Origin: Paraspadella gotoi
Taxonomy: Eukaryota > Animalia > Chaetognatha
Direction of reading: 5' to 3'
DNA length: 64,000 nt
NCBI GenBank assembly: GCA_051294375.1
Contig: CM119270.1
Coordinates: 5,974,027-6,038,026 of the forward strand
Position 1 is the first letter of the stretch, and every line of letters begins with the position of its first letter. The notes below the pieces were generated by a model. It was not told the DNA's origin. It saw only the letters and a list, made by a program, of their open reading frames with translations, and ran no database searches. Shown here piece after piece: positions 12,472-25,300 of this stretch. The translations under genes and the position numbers were made by a program.

Positions 12472-15400
12472 GGATACAGAATTGCATTTAATCGGATTAT
12501 CACGAACAGATAGAGGGTAGAGCCAAGAGTTAAGGGTATGGAGAAAGAGAATGACGCAGCGATAGTGTAAGGGATGAATGCTATCTATTTTGAAAAGGTT
12601 TTGAATGCCCCAACAAAGGATATTATCTTAAACTCCTCATCTTACCCGAAATAGTTAACCTTCAAATCGTCGACGACAACAACGTCGATGATGACGCCGA
12701 CGTCGCCGCCCGGAATGTCTCGTCGACGACACTTAACGGCGGAGCTCGTTCCGCCGCCGACGAGATTCGATCCGGACGAGTGGAAGAACTCGAAGGTTCT
12801 GCAGGATGTGGACAGGTGAGACGGACTTAGGGTAATAACAAAAGACAAGCGGACAGACACATACAAAGACAAACAGATGTACACAGATTTCTTAAAAACT
12901 AAAAACCGATAGATCTATAAACTAAAGGACAGATCAACCAATTGTTATTGTATTATGTCGGCGTTGACCTTCTCTCCTTGGCTCATAGATACCTGATGGA
13001 ACGGCGCCGCAAAGGCCTCAAGAAGAGCGCCTCCCCGCGGTGCGCGTCGCTCGTTCGCGGCGCCGAATCGACCGGCGAGGTCTCGACCGGCGGCGCCTTT
13101 GTCGTCGTCGAATCGAAGCGGCGCGACGACGAGGTTGACGTCGACCTTCGATACGACGACCCCGACTTTTGGGTCACTATGCATGGGGCCTTGTCAAACA
13201 CGGAGGCACAGGTCCAGAGGGCGGAGTTGGGCTTTTGAAAAGAAATCCTTTAATCTCTCTATTCGTCTCATGCTTCAAATATACCGCAACCTCAAGGTGG
13301 CGCGCCAACAGCAATTCTTCAAGAGGCTCAAGAGAGACGAGGACAACTTGAAGCGACTTCTGCAGGAAAAGATCGATGCGAAACAAAGGGACATCGATTA
13401 CATGGCAGCCTTCGACGGGTGAGTTGAACAATGAACATATTTGATCATACGTTTTAATGAAAAAGTAAAAATGCTTTCTTGCTTCGAACATTCAGTAACT
13501 TTTATTTAAAAATAACGCAATTTATGATTGCACAATATTTTACTCAGACCTGGGCTAGAAACCGAGACCATTGGGTTGGGAGATGAAGATTTTGCCCAGT
13601 GCGATATTATGGAACGGTCGTATAAAATGGGTAGTGATATTACGTCACTACCTGTTAAAAACTAATTCGAAAAACAAATGTTAAAAAAATCGACACAATA
13701 ATAAAATGTTATTTAACACTAATTCGAAAAACACTAAAATCAAACTTTAAAATACGTTTTAATTATAAAACCAAAACGGTAATAACCCACAACAAGATTG
13801 TCGCGAAGCTTTATTTTGGGCTTCAAAAAAAAGGAAATTTTCTTTATCAGTTATTATTCAATTCAATTTATTGTCTCTCCCGCTACACTCGGTGGTCTAA
13901 ATATGTATACTGTACAACACACTCATACAATTATGCCTCTTTTTAGAGTCACTATGCACCGATAAATTATTCAAATACTAAAATGACAAGTATAAAAGTA
14001 AAACTCTGAAAAGAAATAACACGATTGAAGTTCATTACTAAAATATGTAAATGTGATTAGGAAACTCAATCTCATCTCTTTATTAATTATTTCTTTTCGT
14101 TGTATTTATAAATAATTAACAAAAGACGGGTTATTTTAACTTAACTACGTTAATGTTGTTAAACATCATCGTTGTTTAAGTAAAAATAAATTGTCTTTTG
14201 TTAATTTTCATTACGAAAATTGGCTTTATGAAATTCAGGAAGAAACGGTCAGCCTCTGAAATTAACGACGTTTGGGGACGAGACATGGCGGAGTTGCTCG
14301 TCGACGCCACAATCGCCGATCGACGCGGGGGAGGGGAAATGCTGGAGCAATGGGAAAAGGCGAATGTGCTGGAGCGAAGGGAAGAGGCTAATATGAAAGA
14401 GCAACGACAGAGAGCCAGCATTTCGGAACGTCACGCGTTGGAGCAATTGGGAAAAGAAAATATGTCGATGAGAGCCAATTTAATGGAGCGAGAAGGGAAA
14501 TTAATGGAGCGAGATTCGAAACGGCAGCAGCAGGACGCGTATTTGCTGGAGCGGCGCCACGAGGCGAATCTGCTGGAGCGAGACGCCCCCTTGATTGAAA
14601 GGGTATCGTCGTCGATCGACTCGAGGGCGACGCCACTGGGCGCCGCTATGACCGAAACCGGATGTCGATTCTTCGGTTCCGTCGAAGAATCGGCGTCATT
14701 TTCGTCGGTCTCCGCGTCGGTAAACGCGACGGCAAAAGTGTCGGAAAATGCGTCGGCAAATGCGTCGGCGTCGAATGTCGGGTTTACGTCGGCATTCGCA
14801 CCGTTGAAGTCGGCAGAGGCGGCAAAGGTCGGTGAGATTGACCTGTCCCGACAAGAATCGAAAGGGGAGAGTCGGCAAATTCTTTCTCAGTCGTCGTCGT
14901 CCTCTTCTTCTTCATCATCGTCGTCATCCTCCTCCTCATCCACAAAAGTCTTGGGCAGCAGCGTCGCCGAGACGAACGCCCAAACCAACGCCAGCGCCGC
15001 AGCCGCAGCCGTCGACGCCGCCGCTGACTCCGCTGCCGCGAAGTTTTCCATAAAGGAAACGAAAACCTCGAAGGATTTCGCGGATCAGGTTCGTGAGGTC
15101 GATTTCAAATTTATACAGCAATACTGTGTGTTGTTTTTTTTGCTAGTACTAAATTCGTTCGAAATGGAGATCGATATCGGGATGAGATATTTTAGTTCAA
15201 GTATTACGAAACTTATTTCATACTTATTAAATTGCTTTAAGAAATACTAGATCTTAAAGCTATGAAAAAAAATGTTCATTGTTGACTCAATTCGCTCCCC
15301 GTTTAGGTTTTACAGGCAGAAACGGCAGAAGACAGGGAGAAGAGAAAGATCTGTCTCTTTGTCTCCACCCCATTCTACACAATGGGCAGTGGGAAAAGTT

Positions 15401-17693
15401 CCTCGAGTGGGAAGGATTCTGATGTGGTCAAAGGAAAGGAGATAAAGGTGGGCCTTGAAAGTGAAGCGAAACTTGAAAGTAAACAAGACGTGAAAGTGAG
15501 CAGTGAGAAAGGTGAGAATATCAGTCATGGCGCGGATGAGAAGATGGAAAAAGGAAAAGATCTCAAGAGCAAAGAAAATTTGTCAGGGACTTTAGAGGCA
15601 ACTGCAAAAATCTTCGGAAACAACCAGCGAAACAGCGAAATTTGCGGAAACAAAAGCGAAACAGGCAAAATCTTCAGAGACAACCATCAAATCAGCAAAA
15701 TCTTCGGAAACAACTGAACATATTTCACGATCGTCAAAAACTTTTAAAACTTCGACGCAAACAACGGAGGCCGAGGAATGGAAATCGAGAATTCGAGCGG
15801 AAGAAAAAAGATCTGAGCTCAAAACAGAGACAATTGATTGGCTCAAAGTGAAGCAAAACGAAGCCGAATCAGCGAATCGCTATACGAAGAGCGGAAAGAT
15901 TGAGAAAGAGGCTGAATCGGGGATGTGGAAGTCCTCAGGAAAGACGCAGAGAGAAAAAGACGCGCCGAGTCCGGTGGAAGGGTTGAAAGGAGTCACGCCC
16001 TCGGTTCAAAAGGTCGAATCTATTTCGACCAAATTAAGAGAAGATCAACCATCTGTTAATGAGACTTCCAGCAAAGACAAAACGGATAAGAATTTCCCCT
16101 CCGCGTTGCTGTCGCCTTCGGTGCCGCTCAAGCCTCCGTCGAAGCCGCTCCGGACGATCAGCTCCAAGACGGACGCCGTCTTTAACTCGCAGAAGGAAGT
16201 CTATGAGATGTTGATGTCGAAGGCGGAGAAGCAGCTGGACAAGCAGAACAGCGAATTCGAACGATTGCACAAAGACGAGGACGACATTTTGGACAAGATC
16301 AAGGTGAAGGGAGAAGGAGCTTGGTTTGCTTGCAGTTCCCCAATTCGTCCTTGGGATTTTTTTTAGCCGAAAAATTAGTTTTAGTTTTAGAAATTAGTTA
16401 TAGAAAGTTTTCGATGCAGTCGGTTTCGTGATAACTTCCTAAAACCATTCTAACAATGAATTTTATCAAAATATAATTTTCTCCCGTCCGATCTCCTTTT
16501 TAACGACATGAAATAATTCAACTTTTATAAACTCTCACAATCATCGTTATTAAATATTGTCTTATATTTCTTTTAAGTACTACTCAATTCTAACTCCTTC
16601 CTCCGACCGTCCTTTAATCACGCCCTGGAAACATTTTTAAATCGCGCTAAAGCAGCATTCGTTTATATGACTACATACAGCATTTTTATTTCCCTTGTTT
16701 TACTCAGATAGCGCGTTCCAGTCTTTCCATCATATTCTTTCGCCCACTTAAAAACCCTCAGGGTCTCATCCAATCAAAAGAGGAAAGCATCGCCCACGAA
16801 TCCGATCTTCACCAACGATTCTTGCAGACGGAAAAGGAGAATGTCGTCCCGTTGGAGTCGATGGAATCCGCAATGGAATCCGCGATGGCATCAGGCAGAA
16901 TGGCGGACGCGGATTCCGTCGAGGAACCGATGATGGCCAGAGCCCTCTTCACTTTTCACCCGCAAAATTCTAAGGAAATTCATTTTCCAAAAGGGGGAAA
17001 GTTGAGGATTTACAGGTGAACCTAAATCTAGATCGACGAATACATATTAACCGATGAAAAATAATATCCACTTTAAAAATTATGAATATAAAACAAATAA
17101 CTTTGAAGGATTTAGGATTTAAAAGTGGGAAGATATTTATTTGTGCGACTATGAAATATATAGGGGCAAGATAGCTTATTTATTAAATGAATGGATAATT
17201 TTTATATTGGTTGTACCAATTTCATAGAGAGCTAAAAAGCCAAATAGAAATAAAGAAACAGACAGAGAGACGGACAGACCAAACCCGCTCGTCTCCTCAA
17301 CAGGATCGTCGACGAGAACTGGTTCGAAGGATTCCACGGAAGAGACTTTGGTCTCATTCCTCGATCCTATGTCAAGATTGTCGAGGACGAACCAGCGGCG
17401 ATTTCGCCGCCGACCGCCCGTTCGCCGCTGGCGGGTTCGTCGCCGACAAGCCGCCGACCCGCCACGGCCGAGTCTGGATCGACTGCTGGTCGATCTCCGG
17501 CCAAATTCGCTCTGGGTGTGTTCCAAACTCCGGCCGTCGGAAAATTTGACTTTTTGGGTCAGAGTCGCGACGAACTTACCTTTAAAAAGGGTCAGGTACG
17601 TGTGCGTTGAAAATTAAAGGTCGATGGAGGATTAAAAAAATTAAACAAAATTTGGGTCTCTATCTCACCTTTTTCCTCTCTCCCCCCCATTTC

Positions 17694-17765
<72 letters not shown>

Positions 17766-18583
17766 TTCTCTCTTTTCTTCTCTCAGGTCCTCCTCCTCTC
17801 CCGCCGCATCGACGTCAATTGGTTGGAGGCGACGAACGGACGCGACTATGGAATCGTCCCCGCTTCTTACGTCCGCCTCTTGACGCCAGAGGAGGGCATG
17901 GCGGGCGGCCTGGCGGGCGGCGCCACTTCTCCGATTCCTTCCACCGGCGCCGTTCAAACGGCGTCGCCCCTTCCTTCGATCGGAATAGCGCCGTCGCTAA
18001 TTCGCGCGGCGGCGTCGCGAACCGGGGCTGTGTCGCAGGGAAGCGGCGCCGCCATGTCGCAGAGCAGCGCCGCGATGTCACAGAGCAGCACCGCAATCTC
18101 CAAGTACAGCGTCACCGACGACGGGGTCACCCATTCCTCTCATTCGGTCGAGTATCGATCGACGGGAGGAGCGGCGCCGCAATGGGACGGCGCGCGATTG
18201 ACGGCGCCGCAAATGTTGACGGCGGGGAAGAAAGTGAGCTGATTCATCTTCATCATCATCATTCGCTTCTTTATCACCATCATCACCATCATCACCCCAA
18301 ATAATTTGACCACAAAAAAACCCCACATTTTTCCAAATTTGTCCTCCTCACCCACGTTGTTCATTTGTTTCCCCCCCCCCTGCATCCACAGTCGTCCGGC
18401 CCCCATCGCGCCATCTACGACTACGTCCCCTCCGCCGCCGACGAGCTCCCCCTTCGCGCCGGAGATATAGTCCACGTGACCGGCGTCTGCGACGACGGGT
18501 GGTTCCTCGGCGAAGATGGCGCCACCGGCGCCGCCGGCACATTTCCCGGAAATTACGTGAGGCCGGTCACTCCGAGGGAGTGA
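12018..18583 (+). CDS. SORBS/CAP/vinexin-like adaptor with three C-terminal SH3 domains and a long low-complexity/coiled-coil N-terminus
   Basis: Approximate exons 12018-12395, 12655-12814, 12989-13418, 14238-15088, 15307-16302, 16762-17015, 17304-17595, 17788-18232, 18391-18583. SH3-1 ARALFTFHPQNSKEIHFPKG..VDENWFEG..GLIPRSYV; SH3-2 AVGKFDFLGQSRDELTFKKGQ..IDVNWLE..GIVPASYV; SH3-3 RAIYDYVPSAADELPLRAGD..CDDGWFLG..GTFPGNYV (SORBS-type). Needs two 1-nt homopolymer corrections (~13230, ~15608); the 5' exon linkage is inferred. Confidence 0.75.
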
Positions 18584-19540
18584 ATGTGGGGAGTGGAGGG
18601 AAGGATATATTTGTTGTCAGTGGGTAAAAAAAAATGGGAAGACGAAGGAATGCAAACGTGGCCGGTGCGGCGGCTCTTTTATGTTGGTATTGGGTTGGAA
18701 ATATCGGGACAGGGTCAGAACAGGGACAGGGTCAGGGTGGACCAATTATTGAGAGAATTATGGATGTTATTACTTTAGTTTCACACAAAGAGTCTTGTTT
18801 TCACGGTAAATTGTGGAGAGAGCGAAATCTTTTACCAATCGTATAACAACGCTGTATAATACATAAATTATTAAAAAAAAAAAAAAAAAAAAAATACCGC
18901 TTTAAACGTGAACCTTTGCATTTAGTACTTTGTAGAGATTATCCGTATTCATTGCATTATTTTTAATATCGTATTACTCTGGCTTTTCATTACTACGAAC
19001 CAAAATTAGCATTAGATTTTTCGTTTTTTTTGCGAGCAAAGCTTTCCCTTTATTAATGATATCATGATGAAATAAAGACATCGTTATTTACTACATATCA
19101 TATGTTGTTATTTATCAATTTATTTTAAAAAAACCTACGTATTTAAAGAGCAGTTTAAATACTGGGAAGAATTATAGTTATAGTATTCTGACTAAGAACC
19201 TAGCTGCTAAAAAATTGTTATTTAGTTTACATTATTTATATCTTATAAAACAAAAATTACTTTTTATGACAAATCTATAATAAACGAAAACTAAATATCT
19301 TGTGCATTACAGAAAAACACCAGAAATTTACTCTCTACTTTACCAATCAAGCAATAATAAGTGACATTTCTATTATGAGAATGTCTAGTTATTTCGTACT
19401 GTATAATTAAACATTTTGATGCTGTCTTTCCGTAAAGAACCAGCGAAATTCCGACCACTAGTTATTAAACGAGCAGATATCCGCTGTCTGCTCGTCAACT
19501 CTACAGCCTTAAACTTAACCCACCAAATAGGACCACATCG

Positions 19541-22244
19541 TCACAAACTCGTCAGACCAGAGAAATTATTTGACATCAAACTCTCCCTGTTGGATCCCGC
19601 CAAGTCACGCCCAGCTCCGCCTTCCAGGACGTACTGTCCGCCCTTGACGTTGCCCCCGAGGCTGTAGGAGACGTTCTCGTACCGCCCACTCAACACGGCC
19701 GTCGATGAGGATGACATGAGGGTCTTGGTGGAGCCTGAAGAGGCGCTGGGCTTTTGGGACGGGCAAGAGGAGGTGACTAGTGGGGGGAGATGGGAGGTGG
19801 TGATAGGGAGGGTAGAAGGGAGGGGAGAAATGGGGGTTGGGAAAAGTCAGTTTGGGAAGTAGTTGGACAGGGAGGAGGAGGATAGGGGGAAAGGTATGGG
19901 GGTGAGGGGGAAAGTAAAGGAGGTGAGGGAAAGAATAAGAGGAAAAAAATATTACGAGAAGACGGGATGCAAAAGTGGGAGAAAAACCTGAGGTAAATAT
20001 TATAATTATCTGAAAATAAAATATTATTAATCAATGCTGACAATTAGTCCCTGCAAGCACCAGTATAAAAATTTTATTAAAATAAAAGGAAAGAAAGCGC
20101 GTAAGTGAATTACCAGATGAGCTACTTCCTGATTGGTTGCTTTTGCGACCAATCGTGTTGTAGTACTCTGAATCGTGAAGATAAAATCCGTCGTCGATGT
20201 TCATTTGTTGGTCGGAAGTCGACTTTGCTGCCTCTAGTGACATCAGTTTGTCCGCCAGACTCGATCCCGGTGGGTAGCCCACCGGACCTGAAATAAAGAA
20301 ATAGAGAATCATAACTAGAAAAGCTTTCAGAAATGTATTCGGAATTCTAGCGACGTAACGATATACATGACATATCTACATTTATTAAGGATTTATTTTC
20401 TTTGTACAACTTCGTCTCTTGAACAAAGCGGGAGATTCTGCCAGAAGTGATTGACAACGTCGTCGTTTTGTTTGTCCGTATCGCGGTATTCAATCGATAA
20501 CAATTTACATTTACCGAAAATAGCATAAATTTTCGGTTTTCCCCCGAAATAAGTTTTTAGTCGTTTTCGGCATTTTTTTTTTCCGAAGCCAAAAATCAAT
20601 TCGTGGATGAAATTTCTTACGCATGTTATTTGCTTCTACGTTAATGTTTGCAAAAACTCTTCGACTTATACAGAGATTTATCCTTACAATATTTTGCAGG
20701 AGAAAAAGAATTACAATGCCTTGGGATTTCTTTGTATTCTTTCTGTGCTTCTCGATCGTAGAGGGACAACTGAAGGCAAAGTTTTTTCGAAGGATCGATG
20801 ACGATAAAAAATCGGATAAAGAGTTTCCGTCAGCCAAGGAGATTTTGGGGTAAGTGAGTGAATGATTGAATTATAAATTAATGGAATGAGAGAGAGAGAG
20901 TAAGAGAGAGAGAGAGAGAGAAAGAGAGATAGCAAAAATCATTCCGTTTTCATCGATTAAAGAGAAAGAAAGACAGAGAGACAGAGAGAGAGAGATCACA
21001 AAAATCATTCCGTTTTCATCGATTAATCCCAGCCTCACTTACGACACCGTGACGCGCGACCAGGACCGATATCCATTCAGATTCGAGACAAAAGGCAAAA
21101 AATATCAAGAATTCGGCGAAGACTGGAATTTACTTTTTAAACTTCGCTCAGAAGTTCAGAGATCGGGAAGTTTTATTCGATTTTGAAGATCAAATTTGAA
21201 GTCGAATCTATTGCGTTGGGCAAGAATACATGGAGTGCTACTAATAATACTATGCCCGTCAATGCTTTTTTTAAAGTCGTCTGAGAAATATTTGACTAGC
21301 TTTTTGGCGTTTTAGCACATTCCAATTAGTTTAGTTGCAAAGAGTAATCGGGAACCACAAACGATTTCTTTTTTTGTACAGAAATACACCGATAGAAATA
21401 CCCCGTTTTATTAAATATCAATAAACTAGTAATCAACCCTGGTTCGCTTCCAGCACCCTATCCTAGACTGGGTCTACAAGATATCTCGACGTCAAGCTCG
21501 CGGCATCGGAATGTTTGAAGACTGCAGCGCCGCCGCCAACGCAGTCCCATCAACCTTCTGCGTCGACGAGGCGCTGCTGACGAGCAAATGGAACTTTTTG
21601 GAGGCGAAAATGTGTTTCGGTTCTGAGCAAAGGTTTATCGTTTTTTACGCCAAAGAATCGTCGGGTTTCGTGAACGCCGCGACTAAAGTGAGCGGTGAAT
21701 TTGCCCGTTTGAATAAGTGATTACACACTCTGATTCTATTATTAACAAATTCAGATCGTAACAAATTCGTCGTGGCCACTGGTCAACGTTTACCTTCAGT
21801 CCAATGCGAACAGCTTTGCGAATCCTTCACAAGGTGAACAAGATTATTCTGATGAGGCAAGAATATTACGTAAATGTTGAAGTTTGAGAAAAGGAATTCG
21901 CGACTCACCTGTTACTGGTGGGTGTGAATAATCGACAAGAGTGAATAAATAAAAGACTCAAAAGCGTTCTGGCGCTATCTTAAATTCGACTAGTTTCACC
22001 CTCCCCTTTCTAGTTTGTACCAATGGTTTGGACAGCGAAAGGTTTCAGCGAAGCACTAACATAGCCCATTATTGTTAAAATAATTTATCTTCAAACTATG
22101 AGATATATTTTAGAGATAAACAAAGTTTATTTGCTTATTTACAACGATTTTTTATTTCACATAGGGACATGTTTCGCCTTTATGATAAGCCTTCATCAGC
22201 GTTGACTAATCAGACAGATTTTTTCTCTTAACATTGAGTCAGAG

Positions 22245-22316
<72 letters not shown>

Positions 22317-25300
22317 AAGCTTCCAACAAAGGTTGAGAAAGGACAGTTGGTCAGATTGAGAAGGTTGAGGTAAGGAGAGAGAAGAAGAGGAAAGGGGTTG
22401 AAATGTGAATGGTGAAAATTTTTAAGAGAGAAAAAATATTTACATTTTGTAATGTTCAACAAAGATAAAGAAATAAATAATAAAAAAATAAGATATATTT
22501 TATATACTTTGCCCCCGTTTTAGATTTCGTCACCAGCTTTTTCCTCAATCCGTTAGAATTTATCGGCGCCACGCCCAAATTATTAACTTTTACTCGAAAC
22601 TGTGGAATCGGCTGCGAACTTTTCTGGGCCACGGTTTCGGACGAACCGGTACTACAGTGGGATCTTTCTAAAAGATGGAAACTGAAAATCTCCGTCATCA
22701 ACGGAGATCAACCTCGGAGTTTGTTCGAGTTGACCGCAGTAGGATACTTCGCAGTTTACGTGCGCTGAAATCCAGGAGTGAAGGGGCGTGGAAGAGAAAG
22801 AAGTAACACGAACTCACGAAATTCCAGACGTAAAAAGACGTTAATCAATAAAGCGCCTGAAGATTTATAAATTTTTGCTAATCTAATTTAAGCTTCATTA
22901 ACGGCCGAAGCAAAATTGTAATTTCCAAACGCGTAATTTTAAGTTTTTTTTTACAGAAAGACATTCGATATATTTTAATAAAAATGATAAACACAAAATT
23001 GTCTCTTATTCTGCTTCTTTTGTCTCCCGTTCCTTCGCACGGCGCAAACAAATTCTTCTACAAAACGGGCGAGAATGACGCAGCTGAAGAATTTTCCGCC
23101 CAAGCGTTTTTGAGGTGTGAAAGATCCGGTTTACACGTCAGATTGTTGCTGCCGTTTTAACTTAATCCCGACACAATGTCACAATGTTCATTTTCGTTCT
23201 TTACTCAGACACACGTACGACAAACTTGAAAGCAAAGAATTTCTTTTCATGGTTCGGGTCCAGAACCGAACATACAACGAACTCGGGCCCTGGCGTTTGG
23301 CGTTGAAGTTTCTGGAGGTTCTTCCTTCAAAAGTGATTTGATTGAATGATTGATTTACTTCTTGGTACATTGACTTAGACATACATTGCATAATTGATTA
23401 ACTCTACAAATCGATTTATTCAATAATTGATTGATTAACTTTATTGATGGATTGATAGACTGATAAAGTGATGAATCGATTGATTGTTTTATTATCTAAA
23501 TTTTTATGGTTAACCGACTCTTTTCTTTAGTTATCTTTTTTTCACTACTTCATCGAAGAAAAATTGCAAGAACTCGGTGAGGTCCAAGAGTTGAAAGAAT
23601 CATGCATTCTCGACCGTAGTGGAGAACACTGCATGGAAAGACGCTTTTTGTCAAACTGGGGATTTTTTGAGTTGAAGGAAAATATCGTATTTTTTATATC
23701 TAATTTTATTTTAAAATATATAATATAAATATAAAAACATCGTATTTATTACTATCTAATGTTATTTTTAAAATAAAATATGTCTAAAAAAATATAGATA
23801 AAATATAGATATATGTAAGTTGAAATTAAAGGGTTAAAAACTTGTCCGAAAGTTTATTTCTTACTATTAAATGGGTTACATATTTTAATATTTTCCTTTA
23901 GCTCATTATTGGGAACCATGTAAAATACGAATATGTGGTTTTTGATGCTTCTGGTTCAAAGAATATGTCACAATCGTTGAAAATGGTGAGAAACCTTCAA
24001 ACAATAATTTTACCTTTTTTTAACTTTCAATTTTTCAAGTTTTTTTTTCACACAAAAAGTAATCAAATTAAGAACATTTTTAGATTGTGAAAAACAGCTC
24101 TTGGCCTGAAATCCGTTCGAAATATTTGAAATCCGAAATTTATGGCTCAAATAAAGGTGATAGTAAAATAATTTTTAGATTATTAAATTGTAGTATTTCC
24201 TTTCTTTTCGTTGTGTTTTGAAAGTTGTTTGCAAAGTAAAACAGTTTTTAGTCGGATCTGCTTTCAGCAGATCCCGACTCTATAATTCACTTTGTCGGTC
24301 CGTTGGTCCGCCCCCTCAATCTTGTCGGGTATTCACTTATATCATGTCAGAACATCGAATTATGATAAATTATGCAAAAAAACGATGTCCGTCCATCCGT
24401 CTATCTTTCTGTTTGTCCGTTTGTCCGTTCATCCGTCCAATTACTCGTAATTGGATGGATGGATTAGAATGAAATTTTGTGTGTGGGTAGGGAAGTGTGT
24501 GATTGAGCTGGATATAACGTTTCGATAGAATTGTCCGAGTGGAAATGAGTTTAAATGGAAAAAACAAAAAAAAATCTATTTCACTTTTTGAACACCAATT
24601 ACTCATAAGTGGATTGGGCGATTGACCTGAAATTTTGCATTTGGGTAAAAAAGTGTGTGATTAAACTGGAAATCAAGTTTCGATAGAATCCTTTGAATGG
24701 AAATGAGTTTAAATGGAAAAAACAAAGAACCTGTTTCATTAATTGATTATGCTTCTTTTTCTTTTTATTTTAAATGTAAATGCAAGATGTATTAATTAAT
24801 CAAATAATTAATCAGTTAATTAATCAATTAGTCTATTAATTATTCAATAATTAATCAGTCACTTAATCAATCAAAACAAACATTTTGGATCAAATTAATT
24901 AATTGCCTAATTAATTAAATAATTAACTTGAATAAATTATTAATTAAGTAATTAATTAATTACTGATAATGATTGTGGGCAGATCCGACATTGTTTGCTC
25001 AAACTTGTTATTGAATTGTTGGCAACTTTGAATTCGGTCTCTCTCTCTTTTCATTATAAACCAAGTATCAATTTGGTTCACAAAATTCCGATATTATTAC
25101 TCATCTTTGTTTAATTAAATAAAAAACTCTTTTACTTTGCAAACAAAAGATTATAAAATAGCTTATAGATAATCAAAAATAAGAAAAATATAAATAAACA
25201 AGTAAATTAAATAAAATTTTTACAAATTTCATAAAGTTTGTTTATATGTAATTCACAACCTATCAACCTATCAACATCCTCCAGATATCCTAATAACCAA

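Noticed and set aside
13225-13240. Stop/frameshift here and at ~15608 suggesting a pseudogene or programmed frameshift
   Set aside because: Both are single extra bases in homopolymers (ggg; aaaaa versus aaaa in sibling repeats) in an assembly with evident indel noise.
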